A stretch of 48,498 nt of DNA, taken from assembly GCA_964638575.1 (NCBI GenBank), contig CAZWYN010000002.1, forward strand, positions 1 to 48,498, given 5' to 3'. Made by a program: the position numbers and the translations under genes. The notes under the pieces are model-generated. The model was given only the letters and a program-made list of their open reading frames with translations. It made no database searches and was not told where the DNA came from. Below, one piece after another: positions 46,864 through 48,498 of the stretch (its first letter is position 1; every line of letters starts with the position of its first letter). Source of the stretch: an uncultured Pseudomonadales bacterium. Lineage in GTDB: Bacteria; Patescibacteriota; Microgenomatia; UBA1400; MFAQ01.

Positions 46864-47205
46864 TCAGTTGATCAAAATAACTTTGACCAGTGTATCTTTC
46901 GCCGACAATTTACGCGAGATGACTATCTGACGGTCAGACTCAAAAACAACAATCGGGGTTTCTTTGATGTCAAAGCAAAGACTCCTCCGTGGATACAAGG
47001 GAATCTTCACCAGGGTATCGGTAACTACTACTGGTCCACAACCAACCCGCACTTCTTCCAAAACAGTTACATCTTTGTTAAACGCCAAATGGCAGTTAAC
47101 AACGTCAAAAATCCTCCCTTCAAGCATCCCGATAACTCGATCGGCCACCATTTTTCCATCCTCAACGCTCAATATCATGATTTTCTCAGACATCTCCACC
47201 TCCAT
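46864..47205 (-). CDS. hypothetical 113-aa protein, distant paralogue of its neighbour
   Basis: See the ORF at 46467..46841. It follows ybeY in the same operon. Confidence 0.5.
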   Translation of the reverse strand: MEVEMSEKIMILSVEDGKMVADRVIGMLEGRIFDVVNCHLAFNKDVTVLEEVRVGCGPVVVTDTLVKIPLYPRRSLCFDIKETPIVVFESDRQIVISRKLSAKDTLVKVILIN

Positions 47206-47265
47206 GGAAAATAATATGTTAAAGATCTGAATCGCCCATAGTATATCACAACCCCAAGCCTAATC

Positions 47266-47709
47266 CTAATCGTGGTGGATACCTAAAAGGTGAAGGAGGC
47301 CGTGACAGGCTAAAAACTCGATTTCTTCATCGATAATTCTGTTCCACTGGATTGCCTGTCTTTTTGCCTGAGGATAACAGATGACAATGTCTCCCAAGTT
47401 TAGCCCATCAAAGTCATCGGGCATCTCCGCTCCCTCTTCCAAAGGAAAAGACAACACATCAGTTACTTTATCTTCGTGGAAATACTTCTTCTCCAGCTCT
47501 TTTATTTTTCTCTCCCCTACTACCGACAAGGAAATCTTCACATTTCCTTTAGCGATGTCGTTTTCCTTCAGAGTTCGGATCAGGGCCTCCTTAACTCTTT
47601 TTCTGTCAAACGGATACCGGGAGTCTGCCGCTATGTCTAAATCAAGTTTTACCATTATCCCTATTATAGAACCAAAAAAACCGGTGTCCTGAAACACCGG
47701 TAAATACAA
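47266..47709 (-). CDS. ybeY: rRNA maturation endoribonuclease YbeY
   Basis: The H-x-x-x-H-x-x-G-x-x-H zinc motif is CHGLLHLLGIHHD. The start is more likely 47655 (MVKLDLDI). Confidence 0.85.
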   Translation of the reverse strand: MYLPVFQDTGFFGSIIGIMVKLDLDIAADSRYPFDRKRVKEALIRTLKENDIAKGNVKISLSVVGERKIKELEKKYFHEDKVTDVLSFPLEEGAEMPDDFDGLNLGDIVICYPQAKRQAIQWNRIIDEEIEFLACHGLLHLLGIHHD

Positions 47710-47716
47710 TTAGGCT

Positions 47717-47941
47717 TCATTTCAACCTAAAATACTCAAATAAAGCTTGAGCCCTGTCAGCCTCATACAAAGCCGACTCTTTATCACACACGGGACAGAC
47801 AAAGTATGGAATCTTGCTCGACGCGTCACCACGTATGATTAGGTTTGCCGGATGCTCTATTTGAAGAACAGAACCGCACTGTGAGCAAGTAATATCCATA
47901 GGGAAAATAGAGTCCCCTCTGCGCAACACAATTACAGCCAT
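47717..47941 (-). CDS. small zinc-ribbon protein (74 aa)
   Basis: Two CxxC pairs: CSQCGS and CPVCDK. Confidence 0.5.
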   Translation of the reverse strand: MAVIVLRRGDSIFPMDITCSQCGSVLQIEHPANLIIRGDASSKIPYFVCPVCDKESALYEADRAQALFEYFRLK

Positions 47942-47984
47942 TAATCCTCCTTTTTTTAAACGAACTTAGATACCGAAGATTCTA

Positions 47985-48416
47985 CTACGAAAACTTGGAC
48001 ATAACAATCTTATTGATTGTTCCCCCATCCGCCTTTCCTTTTAGTTTCCCCATAACGGCTCCCATCAAACGACCCCCGGTAAGTCCAGTTTCTGCCGCAA
48101 TTTTAGCCACTTCGGCTTCTACCTCGGACTCTCCCATCATCTCCGGTAAATATTTTTCAATTAGAGCCAGCTCATACTTTTCTTGATCTGCACGAACTGT
48201 TTCACCCACTTTTTCATAAATCTCAATTGAGTCCTTACGCTTTTTGGCTTCTTTATTCAAAACGCGAACCACCTCTTCATCCGGAAGTTCTCCCTGTTTA
48301 TAATCGGCTTGGGCATAGCCCAGCTCAGACAAAAGCAAGCGCAAAACTCCCAACAGACGAGCATCTCCCGCCCTTTGGGCATTTACCGACTCAGATTTTA
48401 GCTGTGAGTAAAGCAT
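47985..48416 (-). CDS. yqeY: GatB/YqeY-domain protein
   Basis: 143 aa with LLLSELGYA and IEKYLP, located downstream of rpsU as in Firmicutes. Confidence 0.85.
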   Translation of the reverse strand: MLYSQLKSESVNAQRAGDARLLGVLRLLLSELGYAQADYKQGELPDEEVVRVLNKEAKKRKDSIEIYEKVGETVRADQEKYELALIEKYLPEMMGESEVEAEVAKIAAETGLTGGRLMGAVMGKLKGKADGGTINKIVMSKFS

Positions 48417-48427
48417 TTGAATATAAA

Positions 48428-48498
48428 TTATTTTGTTAACCCAGCTGCGCGTTTGTTTCGACGACGAATTCTGGCTGAAGCCTTACGAAGTTCGATCA
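48428..48498 (-). CDS. rpsU: 30S ribosomal protein S21. Partial: only the C-terminal 23 residues are in the window.
   Basis: My translation is ...IELRKASARIRRRNKRAAGLTK-stop. The basic tail and the rpsU-yqeY synteny support the call. Confidence 0.5.
   Translation of the reverse strand, partial: IELRKASARIRRRNKRAAGLTK

Overview
This 48.5-kb window is AT-biased, densely coding and mostly on the minus strand. It looks like a reduced-genome, monoderm-type bacterium. I infer a Candidate Phyla Radiation/Patescibacteria-like organism from the secretin-less type IV pilus locus, many shortened housekeeping proteins and tight gene packing. That placement is an inference, not a database result. TGA is used as a stop codon, so the genetic code is standard.

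Content from left to right:
- 1-8681: a type IV pilus locus with eight tandem prepilin-type genes, pilD, a candidate major pilin, pilC, pilT and pilB.
- 8.7-14.6 kb: holB-like, then gyrB-ppa-gyrA.
- 14.7-14.9 kb: an orphan 77-aa gene.
- 15.0-17.0 kb: a membrane-anchored PQQ-type beta-propeller gene plus an amicyanin-like cupredoxin gene.
- 17.1-18.0 kb: a XerC/D-like tyrosine recombinase.
- 18050-19187: a 1.1-kb ORF-free, repeat-rich AT island with two perfect DnaA boxes and a 13-6-13 inverted-repeat site.
- 19-27 kb: envelope and housekeeping genes (yebC, Kef-type antiporter, rluA-family, lspA, dksA/traR-like, lgt-like, efp).
- 27.2-31 kb: tRNA-Leu(CAA), an orphan gene, sod, dnaB.
- 31-38 kb: secreted and membrane proteins, rpmE-prfA, ctp, rpsR-ssb-rpsF, ychF.
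- 38.3-41 kb: a small accessory patch with a compositionally mosaic 183-aa gene, an orphan N-terminally extended QueC-family PP-loop enzyme, a 104-aa unknown and a GIY-YIG protein.
- 41.5-48.5 kb: cysS, recR-ybaB-dnaX, two tandem paralogous small proteins, ybeY, yqeY and a partial rpsU.

I saw no CRISPR array, rRNA, transposase or reverse transcriptase.

The strongest candidates for something new are the orphan QueC-like unit, the PQQ-propeller/cupredoxin pair, and the non-coding island beside the recombinase.

All protein calls rest on motif recognition by eye. No homology search was run.
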